A DNA stretch of 64,000 nt from Psammoneis japonica (lineage: Eukaryota), in the NCBI GenBank assembly GCA_008632985.1, contig QPGO01000078.1, forward strand, positions 62,001 through 126,000, read 5' to 3'. The notes beneath the pieces were generated by a model. That model searched no databases. It had not been told where the DNA came from and saw only the letters and a list, made by a program, of their open reading frames with translations. The number at the start of each line of letters is the position of its first letter. Positions within the stretch are counted from its first letter, which is position 1. Shown in pieces: positions 48,359 to 61,698 of the stretch. The position numbers and the translations under genes were made by a program.

Positions 48359-50817
48359 GAGCGTACTCTGAAGATAAACAAGCAAGAGAAATAATACGTT
48401 AGATTGAAATTCCTATCAAAAATCAACAATTGTACCGTTTGAAGCCAAATCACAGAAGATACAACACAAACTACGAGAACCATTGAAGATTAAACCAAGG
48501 ATCCATCCACTACTTCGGGCTGAATCGTCTAAAGGCTTCCTGACTTACATGGCTTCCTGTTTGAGAGAGTGTCGTCGGGACCAAAGGATGAATGGGAAGT
48601 GCTTCGTGCGTGCCGATTCGGGAAATGTGAGCGTTGAAATCAGTCGAGCGCACCAGACGTTAGGCAGACGCGTTGGGCGCGGCCGTTGAGGCCGTTGAGC
48701 TTATGATTGTATTCATGAATACGCTTCGCATGGCCAAAAATCTTTTTGATAGTATTCAGTTGTGTAATAAAATATGACACATAATGTCGTGGCACTATGA
48801 CATTGATGTACTACGTGCGACGCGCACCTTTGCACAGAAAGTGCGTGCGTGCACTCTCTAGCTACTGGCAGAGGTGCTCCCATCGCTGTCGGTCGTCACG
48901 GTGGGGCTTTGCAACGCCCTCTGATGGCAAACATGAGTTTCACTGACCACACCGTGGGCAAATGGTTCAAAAGTTTTTGTGTGTGCATGCACGTGTGAGT
49001 GAGTGTGTGCACATGCCACCACCACAAAAAGCCTGCCGTGCAGAGGACGAGCAGAAAAGCCCCCACCCCTGCGCCCAAAGCCTGGGCCAGCGCAGGTCAA
49101 CAGTTTGCACATGGCGTTGCCCGCCAGGGATTGCAGCAGCAGCTTGTTTGAGAATTTGGGTGGGGCCAGGACCTCCTCTCCTCATGCAGCAACAACTTCT
49201 CCTGCATGGAGAACTTTCCTGCATCATGCGAGCCATGACTTCACAATGTGTGCCCTTTTTTCCACGCGAGCATTGCAAGTGACAGCAGCAGCATTGTCAT
49301 GCACACCAACTGCTGCTCACCCACATCAACATTTCTGCACATTTCTCAACTTTCAAGCACTCATGTGTGCCTGATGATGCCAAGTGCTTGCATGGCGGCG
49401 TGCTTTGCAGCAGTCAGTGCATGCCAACTTGACAAGGCTTTTTGCTGCTTCAGCAGCCCCTCTCATTTTCCTGCATGACACACTTTGCAGCCCCCCACAC
49501 TCAATGCAGGCAAGGGCTGGAGGCATGACTGAGCTCTTTGGGCACCACCACAGATTGCAGTTGGTGATGAAAAGATTGGCTTTGTCTCATGTGTCTGTTG
49601 TTCACTGCACTGTGCAGCACAGCTTCTGAAAACTCAAGTTTTCTTTTTGAGGATTTGGAGCCATTTTATTTTCTCTTGGATCATTTTCAGAAATGAGGCA
49701 CAGTTTTGTCTGAGATGTTTGTTCTTCTAAATCCAGGTTTGCATCCAAAACCTCAAGTTTGCAGCAGCACCTTTTTCTGGCACAGAGTGGCCAGGCTGCA
49801 CAGCTGCAACACACAGAACGACACTCCCGTTTGAACACAATTTGTGCGAGCTTTTCATGTGTCAAGGCTGTTTGTCAAAAGTGCTTGTGAGTTCTGTCAT
49901 GAACATTTAAATGGTGTTTTTCATCAGTGTCCAAGTCTTCATGCATGGGGCATGTCAGAATTTTTTTCTGCAGAAACAACACTGACTGCGTGTCAGTGCT
50001 CACATTGCAGAGCATTTTGTGTGAGTGGACCACTGCTGCAAAATGTGCACAGAAACATTTTGTGTCAAAGACAGATCTGCATGCTGCAGCCTGATTCAAA
50101 CAGCTCACATTTCTCCCACACTTCACTGCACTGTTTCAACCTGCCTCAGAGCACAGCTGCTCATGTGTTCATCAAGGCTGTCACACTGGCACAAGAGTTG
50201 CACATTTGAATCCTCAAATGCTGCTTGTTGGCTTGTGCCCCATTGCCAGGTTGAAAAAAAATGCCAGCTTTTGCCAAATTGGGCTTTTTGGTTGTGGGAG
50301 GTGTGCTGCAACTTTCTGGGAATGTCTGACAAGTGGCATTTGGCTGGCTGTGGACACATCTGCAATCAACAAGGCAAAAGTTTCACATGGTCACAACCAT
50401 TGTCCATGCACTCTGTGATGTCTTGGGAGTGGACAAAGTTCAGCCTCTTGCTATTTTTTTGGCAAACACACACATTCAGTGCAGTGAATCCAGGTCATTT
50501 TCATGAGAATCGCAAGGTCCCAAAAAACAAACCACAGCATGTGGATCCATCCTTGACCTCCAAACAGGTCACATGAATCTTCAAAAATTTTGGCAAAAAT
50601 CATCCATTGTGTTGAAACTCATTCGCCGCAATGAAAAAGCATCAATTGCACAAAAACAACGGCATTGCAACACTGCCGCGAGTCTTGCCAGTGTTGCAAA
50701 ACTTTGAAATTTGGGTGAATCTGTGTGCTTTTGGTGGCGAACACTTGTTCACAAGTCAGAGTCCGCACAAAAATCATGCAAATGTTGTTTTTGTGCATGT
50801 GCAACATGCAGCCACTG

Positions 50818-51237
50818 ATGAGAGTTGATGCATCACGGCGACGTGTTACAGCCTTTAAATGTCACAAAGGGCGTGACAAAACAACCTTTTGTCTGCATGC
50901 ACACTGCATTGTGAATTCACAGCGGAGTGGTTCATCGCAACCATTGGGCAGGAGGCCAGGGGTTCGAAACCCTGAGTGGGAGTTGTCTGCAGCAACGTTG
51001 ATCACTGTCGAACGTGCAAAACTCTGTGCAGTTCTGTGTGTTCCTTCGCACGTGCCCACACTGTTCCGCCAAAACCGTGCAGTGTCAGTGCACGTTGGTG
51101 AAGAGCCGTGTGGACGCGTGACACATGGGGAGGAGTGCAATGCACAGCTGCCAATGAGAGCCAATGCATCACGGCGACGTGTTGCAGCCTTTAAATGTCA
51201 CAAAGGGCATGACAAAATGACCTTTTGTCTGCATGCA
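50818..51237 (+). repeat. Pair of 84-bp direct repeats (50818-50901, 51154-51237)
   Basis: ATGCATCACGGCGACGTGTT.CAGCCTTTAAATGTCACAAAGGGC.TGACAAAA..ACCTTTTGTCTGCATGCA twice. Confidence 0.9.
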
Positions 51238-51724
51238 TGCTGCACATGCTTTGATTCATGTGCGGTTGGAGCATGTCATGGGCGCATTGCTGTCCTCCAT
51301 CTTTGTGTCTTGATCAAAGTGCTGCAACACTCTGCTGCACCCATTTTTCCATCAGAGGGGAAAAAACCTGGACACTTCTGCTTTGACTTGGAAAATGCAC
51401 TGGCAAACAAGCCCGAACAACTGCCAGGTGTCTCCGCCACCCCGCTCCCTTCTTCATGACAATTTGTTGTGAAAGGTCCAGCTGACAACTTGCCCCCCAC
51501 CCATGGGAGTTGTGACTGTGGCTTTGGTTGGGCATGTTCCATGGCCCTCTGCCCAAATTGTCCCAGCACATGATTTGACAAACTGCGGTCCCCTCTGGCT
51601 GCTGCTTCTGTTGCAACAGCTGACAATTGATCTTGACAACATCCCCATGACAGCTGTCCATCCAAACCTCTTCCACCCACAGGCTCGCTCTTTTTGATTT
51701 GCTCACATTGTTTTCCTCCATTCT

Positions 51725-53420
51725 CAGACAATGTTGCAGTGGATGATTCGCTGACAATTGTTGATGACATGGCAAATTGACGTTCACAGCTCATGTTGAG
51801 CTGTGGGTCTTGTGCTCACTTTTAGCTTCCGCACCTGGTTGACATGGCAACAATGGCAACAGCAACAGAAATGTGTTTGAAACACATGCAGTGAGTTCAG
51901 GGATTGGTGAGAATGAGTGTGTTGGCAAGCCATGAAATCCCAGCACAGAAGCTAAAAAGGCTGGCTGGGAAGGCATCAAAAGAATCTGACAGTGTGGCTG
52001 ATGTCAGTGGACAGACTCTGGAGGACCTTGCTGTGAGGAAGCTGTCAAGGGTCTGCTGAAAGAGGGTGCACTAAATTTGTGTTTGACTGGGGTGAGCATT
52101 GACATGGGCAACAACAAGGACACAACTGAGTGTGAAAGCATGAAAGATTTAAAGAAGTGCTGGGTGCATCATGCCATTGCAGAGTGGGTTGACAGACAGA
52201 TGGTCACACAGAGACCACAAGAAAGATGAGTGAGCATGTTGGAAAAATGTTGGTGCTGGCATCTGTGAGGCAGGAGAACAAAGAACCAGAGTGGCCAGAA
52301 CATCCATCAGGCACAACCGCATTGGAGAAGGACAAGGCAATCTTGGGAAAGCAATGTGCCCGCTGTGTGAAACAGGGCATGATCTGCAAGATGCAGAAGG
52401 CCAAGGCATTCAACACAACTGTGGGACAGTGCATGAAGGCCATCCATCACAAGGTTCTAGAAGGAGTGACAGAGTTTTTGAGAATTGCGAAGGAGTGGGA
52501 TGTGGCGACACCATTGGGAATTCTCAAGTTAAACTTGCTCAATGCAAGTGGGTCAGTCCACTGCTTGCATGTCCAGGCAGTTGAGGCTTGGAAGCAGCTG
52601 GTGCTCATTTGTCAAGACAAAGGAGAGGCACTCCAAGATCACTGCAATTGGTGGTCCACAAGTGTCATTGAAATGGTGGATGGGTTCAACACAGATGCTG
52701 ATGACACCCAGAAGAAAAAAAGAGAAAGTTGTCAGTGGTGTTGCCACCAATGGAAGGCACCAAGGAATGCTGGCATCATGTCTTAAAAAACTTGCACCAC
52801 CAGTTTGCACTGGGGATTGATGGTCACCCCAATTTGCTTGGCCAGGTGGCGCTGCAGGTGTTGAACACATGTGGGACCAACAAAAAAACCTGAGGGCACA
52901 AGCTTTGCACAGAACAAGAAGAAAGAGCTCAAACACTGGAAATGCAACAAGGTTGGGCATGTCAATGTGAAGAAGGACCGCCCTTTGCTCAATGACAACA
53001 ATGGCCATTCATTGGTGGAGTCGGGTGACATTGGCTGAGGAAATCAATGAGGCAGACAACTTGGTGTTGGGTGGCATGGCACCCAACTGCCATCCTCCTT
53101 TGGTCAACATGCATGAGGCCAGCCAATTGATGGCTCATGCAAAGGAGTGTGCTGGAACATCAGGGTGCAAGGTTGTCTTTGCAGGATGGGCTGACAATGT
53201 TGCAGTGAGTGACACACTGACAACTGCTGATGACATGGCAAATTTGTGTTCACAACAACTCATGTTGAGCTGCGGGTCTTGTGCTTGTGTTTTAGCTTTT
53301 GCACCAGACTGACATGGCAACAGCAGCAACAACAATGGAAACTTGTTTGTGGCCAATGCAGCAAGCCCAGGAATTGGCAAGGCATCAAGCACGTGCCAGC
53401 AGTTGGCAAGCTGTGAAATC
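51725..53420 (+). mobile_element. Copia-like gag remnant (~52150-53000) between ~200-bp direct repeats (~51725-51945, ~53190-53420)
   Basis: KAF...VGQC..A...K, DV...LG.LK, QAVEAWKQL...Q..GE.LQD, degenerate zinc knuckle HWKCNKVGHV..KKD.P; flanking repeat ACAATGTTGCAGTG..CTCATGTTGAGCTG.GGGTCTTGTGCT. Confidence 0.5.
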
Positions 53421-54397
53421 CCAACACCAAAGGTGTCTCTTGTTGGCAATTTGATGGGGGGAAAGAAAGTGGGAGAAAGCTGCCACAAATTGTTTGCTGT
53501 CACTGACCCTCTGCACTTGTCAAATTTCCCTCCAGAGGCATCAGAGAGATTTGGTTTTGTTGCAAGTTGCCAAGGACCTGGAATGTTCAAGAGCATGGTT
53601 TTGTGCTTGTCACATTTTTGGCCGGTCATTCTGCTGGTTTTTCTGGGGGGACACTCTCATCAGCAGCAAATGACAAGATGCAGTCATTTGGGCATTTTCT
53701 CAGCAGCAACAGCACAGCTGCTGCAAGTGTCACTTGGGGTTTGACCCAGCCAAAAGCTTTTTGATGCCATGGGCAGAGGAATGTTGCTCTACACCCAGCT
53801 TCTGCACAGAGCCAGGGGCGCCAGCACACAACAGTGCTCAGCTCATGGCCGCCATGGGGTTTCAAATGGAGCACATGCAGGGCCATTTTGAGTGCAGCCA
53901 TGACACACAAATTGCTGCTGACAAGATGCAAAAGCTCTCAAGGAGCAATGTTCAAGCACGCTCCTCTTGTGATGAGCCATTTCTTGCATCTTGCAGTCTT
54001 GTGGCTGGTCTGGATCTTTGAAAGTGTGAGCACAACTTCACCTGTGTTTGGAAAAGAACAGGACAAAAAGTCAAGCTCACACTGCTCTGTTGTGAATGGG
54101 TCACAACAAGCCAAGCTGCCTTGATGCAGACATCACATGGGTTTTGAATGTGCTGCTCACTCCAAACATCTTTTGAAGAAGCGCGCAGGGGACGTCGCAT
54201 TTTCTTGTGCACTGCACTGCACCCTTTTTTCTGTGTGGTCTTGCGCACAGTGGAGCTGAAATGTGGCACAAGCTCACACACCCTGAGGCCTCAAAAAGAC
54301 AGTGACAAAACCAGCTGGTGACAGCTGAGCTGCTTGCTGCCAAAAAACTTTTCCCAGACAACAGCCAACCTGATGCTGTTGAAAATGAAGCTGTTGC

Positions 54398-54817
<420 letters not shown>

Positions 54818-55180
54818 NAGCTGCTTCGTCGCTTTCTCCAAACTTTTGTTTGCCAGTCCACCCCCCTTGACTTCAACATGATTGTTTGCTGCTGTCTTAG
54901 AGCAACTGGGTGGTCCCCTTGTCAAGCTCCTGTCGAAAACAGAGCTTGAGCTGGCATCACAGGCCGCACCGGAGAGAGGCCTCGCTCCCCCGCCCGCGGC
55001 CCCCAGATCCTTTTTCCGAGTCACGAATGCTTTTCAGTCACGCGCTCGTGCAAAACGCAAAACGAAAATGCAAGCAATCACAGATCACAGCGCATCACAG
55101 CAATCAGCAATCATAACAGCATTGAGCATCAACCATCAACAAAAGACAACACCCATCATCATACCTCCACTCCCACCACC

Positions 55181-56180
55181 ATGTCATGCGAGGCTTGTAT
55201 GAAACCATGCGAGAGAAGTGGGCTTCTCGGTGCAATCAATGAGCCCAGTCTCCACCAGCCTGGCAGCACGCTGGTGCAACCTCGGAAACGAATCATTTCC
55301 TGTTGGTGCATTAGCACCTTGATTTGTGTGGCCGGGATAATCATGCTAATTGTAAAATCGACAAAACCCGCTGTCACTCCTCAGGGACAATTGTCTCTTT
55401 TGAATGCCGAGACGGACGACACTGCCGTGTTGAACAAGGACGATTATTGCCAATCGACACTAGTCTTGATGCGACACTGCGAATACACAGACGAGAATGG
55501 CTTGCCGTTGGAGGATGAAGATGGCAATAAACACTGTTCCAAAATTGGAATGGAGCGTTCGGAATATGTAGCAACCCTGTTTGGGACACGCTGGCCATTG
55601 CCGAAATTACTCTATGCCATGTCACGAGGTAAGTTTCTTTTTGCTTTAACGAGGAACAAGTTCAGCCACACCAGACGTTTCAGTGCCTCTATAACATTCC
55701 AAATTTTTCTTCCATTTACAAACAGGACGACCCGACGAGAGGACACGCCGCAATGATCGCGAAGCCGAAACCTTAGTTCCGTTGCGGCAAAAGGCTGGCA
55801 AGGAAATCAATGTATACTTTTCCGCAGGATCGGAACGTCTCTTGGCGGGCGAGTATTTTCAACATTTAGCCTCGGGACGGCTGTGCGATAAATCCACAGT
55901 GATTTGTTGGAAGGACAGCTTGATTCCGACGCTGGCCATAGCATTGGGGTGTGGTGTACAAGAGGGATGTCCCGAAAAATTCAAAAAGCATTGGTTTGAC
56001 AAGGTGAGGTTTCGTAATGAGTATAGCATTGGGTTTCTAATCAGGGTGTTTGTCAACGGTCTCTTGTTTCGTTTCGTATAGGTGCTGGAGTTGAAATACA
56101 CGTTTCGCACAAGAAAAAGCACGGACGGATGGAAGGTCCGAGGCAAGCTTGTCAAGGAGCATTTTGAATTGTCGGAGTGA
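55181..56180 (+). CDS. Membrane-anchored histidine-phosphatase-fold protein, 3 exons (introns 55629-55725 and ~56004-56081)
   Basis: TM helix, LVLMRHCE, G.ERSEY, REAETLVPL, VICWK..LIP.LA.ALGC; GT-AG introns restore the frame. Confidence 0.75.
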
Positions 56181-56549
56181 GCTGGAAAGTTGTGTTGGAC
56201 ACCATAAGCTATGCAGTGACGAGCATTTTGTGTGTTGCAGGGCTCCTTGACACAAGGTGTTTGTATTTGAATATTTATAGATACATAAACTAGAGAGGGA
56301 ATGCATTTTCTTCTCACCTCATCATGACGATATTATGGATACACCTTGAGAACCCTTCCTGTTGGAGTAGGCCGAGATGAACCTGAACGACAACCGGACA
56401 TTGGATTGAAAGAGGGCTGATGAATATTCGAATTTCGTTCGTTACTTCTAACTTGGAGCGCAGCATGATTTTGAAGCAAGTGGGCAGTGAAACAGAAACA
56501 AATGGAACTTTGCTCTACCATCTATATTGTCTCTCTTTTTTTCTATATG

Positions 56550-58170
56550 CTACTTGTATTTTGGATTCGGCGGGCTGATAAGGAACGGCTGTGGGATTTG
56601 ATGCGTCTCCAAAATGTCTGCTTGCGCCTCCATGGCCGCCTTGACTTCAAAAATGACTTCGTCATCACTTTCAAGCTCAATCCGAGCAAATGAGGGAGGC
56701 CCGTCTGGTTCTTTTGTCACAGCCGCACACGATTCTTCCCACATGTCACGCAAATGCTTCAGCGACAACACGGGTGTCCCATTGTATGCCGTCACACGAC
56801 GCCACGACCGACTGTATGAGAATGTAAGTTCGTGCGCAAAAATGTCAGTCAACACCACGAGACCTTCTCTACCCTCCCACTCGTTGGGCCATCGTTTGCA
56901 CCAATCAATGCACTCGCCAATGAGACGCGTTCCGCACTTTTTATGTGATCGCAAGGACCAACTCATTGGAAGCAATACCAGTGCGCCAAGAATCAAATAG
57001 TCGGGCGGGTAATCCACATTGGCCCATCGCAAACAAATGGACGGAATGTCGCCCAACACATGTGATGGGCAGTCTTGATGCTTGCCATTGCGGTAAATGG
57101 AAAAGGTCGTTGGTTCGTCGACACGCTTGCCTCGCAGCAAGTATCGGTGTTGAATGAGCTCTTCGCCCCGAAGCTTGACTTGGCCATCATCTGCTACGGG
57201 TTTGCCGTCAATCTTGGTCAAGACGTCACCCTTTTGGAGCGCACCATTGAGTGTCGGTGATGCCGACGTGACGAGAATGCCGTGCACGTCATTGGGAACC
57301 TTGTGCGCCAGACGCAAACTCTTGTTTTCCAGCTTGTGCCACCTGTACGGCACGGACGGTGCGAGTGCATAGGTCCCGTCGGCTCCGCACCGTCCGAGAA
57401 AGGTACGAACGACATCGACCGGAATGAGATAGCCAATGTTGTCTGTCAATCGGCTGCCCACCTTGAGAAAGGCTACTCCCGTTACGAGTCCAGAAGCATC
57501 GAATCCTGGACCACCGGAGTTTCCTACGAAACAACAAGACAAACTTGTATTGTTAGCTTGTCGTTTATACCAGTAGAAGCGCGAAGATGATGTAGCCCTA
57601 TATACCTGGATTGATGCTTGCGTCAATCTGGATTGCTAAAATGTTGTTAAAGGAGGAGGCTGACACCAAGTCTATTCGGCTCACGATTCCTTCCGTGATG
57701 CAAATTGTGCTCCCGCCCGTTGGAAAGCCAACCACGTGTACACTCTCTCGTAAGGCTGGTAATTCGTTTGCAAACTCTAGTGCTAAATTCTTTCCAGCAA
57801 AGAATTCTTCCTTTTCCATTTCACCATCAATTTCCAACAAGGCGAGATCGACATCAGGTGCATACACCACGACACGAGCGGGATAGCGAATTGTGGAGCC
57901 GTGTTTGCGCACCCGTATATCCACTGCTGCCCGTACCACGTGAGCATTGGTCAACAACCGCTCGCCCTGAATAACAAATGCCGTTCCATACGACTTGGTT
58001 TGTGCGGAACGCTGCCACGGACGCGTCACGGGGAAATCAACACGAGCCACCTCGACACGGCATACACCCTCTTTGCCCGTCAAGGCCGAAGACGACTTTG
58101 GTGGCAAAACAGGTGGCTGCTGCATCTCTTGAATCGATAATGATTCTTCTTCTTCAGACATGATGCTCAT
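56550..58170 (-). CDS. DegP/HtrA (Deg2-like) serine protease with PDZ domains; intron 57524-57605
   Basis: LTNAHVV, DLALL, VVGFPTGG, QIDASINPG/NSGGP across the intron, NIGYLIP. Confidence 0.92.
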
Positions 58171-58312
58171 TCGACCAAATCACTAAAGACAACAGTCATG
58201 TTGCATCGGAAAGATGTTCTCGTGTCGTTTTGTCATGGTGTCGATCTAGTTTCGTCGATGAAAGATAGGCAGTCAAACTATCTTCTGGAGTAGAGAGGAG
58301 AGTAATACCGTA

Positions 58313-58628
58313 CCGTGATTATCATAGAAAATCTGTGCCACAGATTTTGGTTCAAAATTAGTACAGATTTTCAATGATTCCGGAGAAATAGATACAGATC
58401 CTCAAAAATTATAGATTTGCACTGATTCTGCCAAAACTGGATTTGGGTTTTCTCAGATTTGAAGAACCCCTCCCCAGTTGGGCCTGGCGCGTTCTACGTA
58501 GATCCTACGTACATTTGTACTGGGGTACAGATTCCAGATTTCCGTTCAGAATAGGTACAGATTTTCTGAAGCCCTGAAAAATAGGTACAGATTCTGATTT
58601 TGGCACAGATTTTCTATGATGATCACGG
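58313..58628. mobile_element. Tc1/mariner-type MITE, 316 bp, TA target-site duplication
   Basis: 28-bp TIRs CCGTGAT[T/C]ATCATAGAAAATCTGTGCCA; TA at 58311-58312 and 58629-58630; internal ACAGATT repeats. Confidence 0.88.
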
Positions 58629-59001
58629 TATGGGGTATCTACCGTATCTACTTCTACCTTTCTATCTATCTAACGGTATCTATCTACTGCAGGGGTCTAT
58701 CTATCTACCACATCTGTCAAAAACTACGGTAGCACAATGATGGATCTTTTCTACTTCAGGTCACTGATGATGATCCTTGGGTGCATCGAGGCTTTCGAGT
58801 AAGCGAGCTACGCGTAATGAATGAGAAGTCTATTGGAGATTGTGGACAAGTGTGCCAGTCAAGAGAAAAGTGTTTCGGATAAAACTACAACAATGTCTAA
58901 ATCTGATGTGGGTGACAGATGCTGCCTTGTTTAAACATCAAGCCTGGAAAGAGGCAAGCGATAGCACCACCCACTTTATCATTGTTAAAAATGACTTCTT
59001 C

Positions 59002-60831
59002 TTAACCCCGAAGGCGACCTCTTTTTGACTCGGCACCATTACCCTTTTCGGCTCCACTTCCGACCTCCTTGTCCAAACCTTCATTCATTTCAAAAATCTC
59101 GTGGCCCAACTTCCTGAAACCTGCATCAACGGGATCCAAGTCAATGGAATAGTAAAAAGACATTGGCTTTTCGCCCTCTCGGTCTTTCACTTTTTCGATT
59201 GGGTCGTCAACAACGTAAATTAGAACCTTGTAGTTGCCCGTCATGCCAAGGGCCGCAGCCATTGGAGAATCAGAAACTGTCAATTCGTAGGTACCTGTCT
59301 CCGGTACTGTCACGTCCAACAGAACATTGTCACCCAATGTAGCCTCAAATTCGTTGTCATTACGAAGGTTGAGCAATGTGCCTCCATTTGGCCCTCTCAG
59401 AGTAACAGAAGTATCGACCTTGTCGACATTGGTACTGTCAAACGTCGAAATAACTTCGACATTAAGTATCTTGTGTTGCTTTAACTGGAGGCGAAACGTA
59501 TCGACTTCCTCCGATTCCCGAAGTGATCCAACGATAACCATGGCGTTTGTATTCAGAAATCCTTTTCCTTTATTTTCACCCACCTCAATTGTGTTGGGAA
59601 TGACAAGCCGAGGAATTTCCAGCCCAGTCTTGTCGTGGCTCAATGCAGCGGCTTGCTCTTCAGAAATAATATTCTCCCCATCTCCAAACGCTAGAGTCAA
59701 CTTGATTGCTGATCTCTCGGATAGAAACGCAGTAGGTTTGAAGCTCTCGAAAGTACCTATACCTCCAAAGGGTGTAGTCGCAATGATATGAAAGGCTGTC
59801 TCAGTTGCCTCTTGGGGTCCATTATACGTAGGGTTACTCTGATCACCGCGTGGAAGCGTAAGACCGGTGACGGGCAAGCCGTCACCAATAGCGCCAAGCG
59901 AGTTGCGGTGACGAAGACCTGCTATGTGACCAAATTCATGCGATCCAGTTCTAACTGACGTATTGATAATTGTTTGTGAAACAGCCGCTGCCACATCCCC
60001 ATTCACGATCTGTACTCCGGTAAGGCGTGTGAATTCGCCCCCCGTTGGATCGAATCGGATGAAGTAATCGATAATGTTTACGCCGACGACAACGTTGTCA
60101 GAAGGGTTGAGATTGAGAAAGTCAATGCCATCTGCTATTCCAAATGGAGCTTCAAAAATACCTTGAATGGTTTTGCCATCAGTCCGCACGCGAATCGGTA
60201 GGGCTTCGTTGAACTTGACGGTTGAATAGCTACCCGACGTTGGTTCTTTGTCGACAAAAACAATGTCGAACGCTTGGTAATCCTCTCGAATTCCCCTGAT
60301 TATAGCCTTCTTCTCTTCCACTGTGTATTCACGTACAGGATAGGTCTTAGTGGTAACTGTGTTATCAGTCCCATTAACGGAAACATTGTAGGTGCCGCCG
60401 ACATTTGTGACGAAATCAAGGTATACCACTTGTGTTTCTTTGACAACAGATGAATCCGCATCAGCAGCCGTCTGTTGGAGACTAAATTTCTTCTCTTCTT
60501 CAAAGAATTTCGCCATTGTCTCTGTAGTCATAGGGCGTGGAAGATCCGCAATCCGCTGCTCTAGGGGCGTGTCAGCCCAGAAGATTCTCATTTCCTTGTC
60601 GCTCTTTTGAACACTGCTAGAGAGTGCACGGGATGTGAAGGATTTCCCATGTCCATTTAACATCTTCTCCAAGTGAAGTCCAGGGCTTTGCTGCAACCTC
60701 CTGATCCGCTTCCTGACGAGAGGCTGGCTATGCACTTCGTCGGCGATCGAAGCGGTTGCCAATGCCCTTTCGACTGGCAGGAGCAAAGGCAGCAAAAGCA
60801 GTAACTCGATGAAGCTGTGGCAGAATGACAT
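59002..60831 (-). CDS. Secreted metzincin-type zinc metalloprotease with C-terminal PPC-like domain
   Basis: Signal peptide, VVYLDF, EDYQAFDI, HEFGHIAGLRH (HExxHxxGxxH), EVDTF...NDN...TGTY. Confidence 0.8.
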   Translation of the reverse strand: MSFCHSFIELLLLLPLLLPVERALATASIADEVHSQPLVRKRIRRLQQSPGLHLEKMLNGHGKSFTSRALSSSVQKSDKEMRIFWADTPLEQRIADLPRPMTTETMAKFFEEEKKFSLQQTAADADSSVVKETQVVYLDFVTNVGGTYNVSVNGTDNTVTTKTYPVREYTVEEKKAIIRGIREDYQAFDIVFVDKEPTSGSYSTVKFNEALPIRVRTDGKTIQGIFEAPFGIADGIDFLNLNPSDNVVVGVNIIDYFIRFDPTGGEFTRLTGVQIVNGDVAAAVSQTIINTSVRTGSHEFGHIAGLRHRNSLGAIGDGLPVTGLTLPRGDQSNPTYNGPQEATETAFHIIATTPFGGIGTFESFKPTAFLSERSAIKLTLAFGDGENIISEEQAAALSHDKTGLEIPRLVIPNTIEVGENKGKGFLNTNAMVIVGSLRESEEVDTFRLQLKQHKILNVEVISTFDSTNVDKVDTSVTLRGPNGGTLLNLRNDNEFEATLGDNVLLDVTVPETGTYELTVSDSPMAAALGMTGNYKVLIYVVDDPIEKVKDREGEKPMSFYYSIDLDPVDAGFRKLGHEIFEMNEGLDKEVGSGAEKGNGAESKRGRLRG

Positions 60832-61698
60832 ATTTCATGCAAGAGAGCAGTAAGTCTTTGCAAAGTCTTTGTGTCTTTTGTGCTCGCCCTTTCAGTCTAC
60901 GACGTACGCTGAAAGTGAGCAAAAACGTTGTTCGTTGTTGCGTGCGAACAACAAAAGTGAGGAGCTGCGACGAATTCAAATATTACTTCACGTCCGTACA
61001 GTACATAGTTTGTCAATCTTGCTAAAAAATTCAAAAACCAATACTACGAAGAAAAAGATGAACATTTTCTTTATTGAAAACCAACAGAAATCAATAACTT
61101 TATAAACAAGAGAGTAACGTATAAGGGATCTCTTCGGTACCGAATATCAAAATTAGCAGACAGACATTACAGTATTTATTTGAAATTATGACCGTTGACA
61201 GTAGTGACGACACATCTACATCTGAATTTCAAATTCGTGTTTTTTAATCGTTTGGAGAAGCTCCTCAGCAAGTTTGAAGTTGGCATTGAGAATTAGAATT
61301 CAGAATGACGAAAGAAGAACCACCCAATGTTGGATAGTGGAACGTTTATGTCGTCCAATTAAGAGGGTGTGGATGAGTCTCGCCTGTAGAGGAGAGATGC
61401 CCGCCCTCGACCCACCTTACTTTTTGAGGCACGGCACGTAATCAAGGACAGTGGCAGATGGAAGCAGAAGAAGACTGCGAGATGGAATACGTTTCAGTGG
61501 TTTAGCTAGGTCTTGGCACGATCCCGCAATCCTATCACTCTCTCCCTCTTCAGGTTGAGTAACGGGTCGCAAGACTTTACGTCGCCCCAAGCGACGCCAA
61601 TGTGAAACGATTCGACGACCACAAAACTTATCAAACCTTGACAAAGAAAGATGGCAATTCCAACGGTTAACAAAAGACGAACAGCCATCTTAAAGCGT

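Noticed and set aside
58635..58710. TATC/TATCTAC low-complexity repeats
   Set aside because: Short and degenerate, with no interpretable structure.
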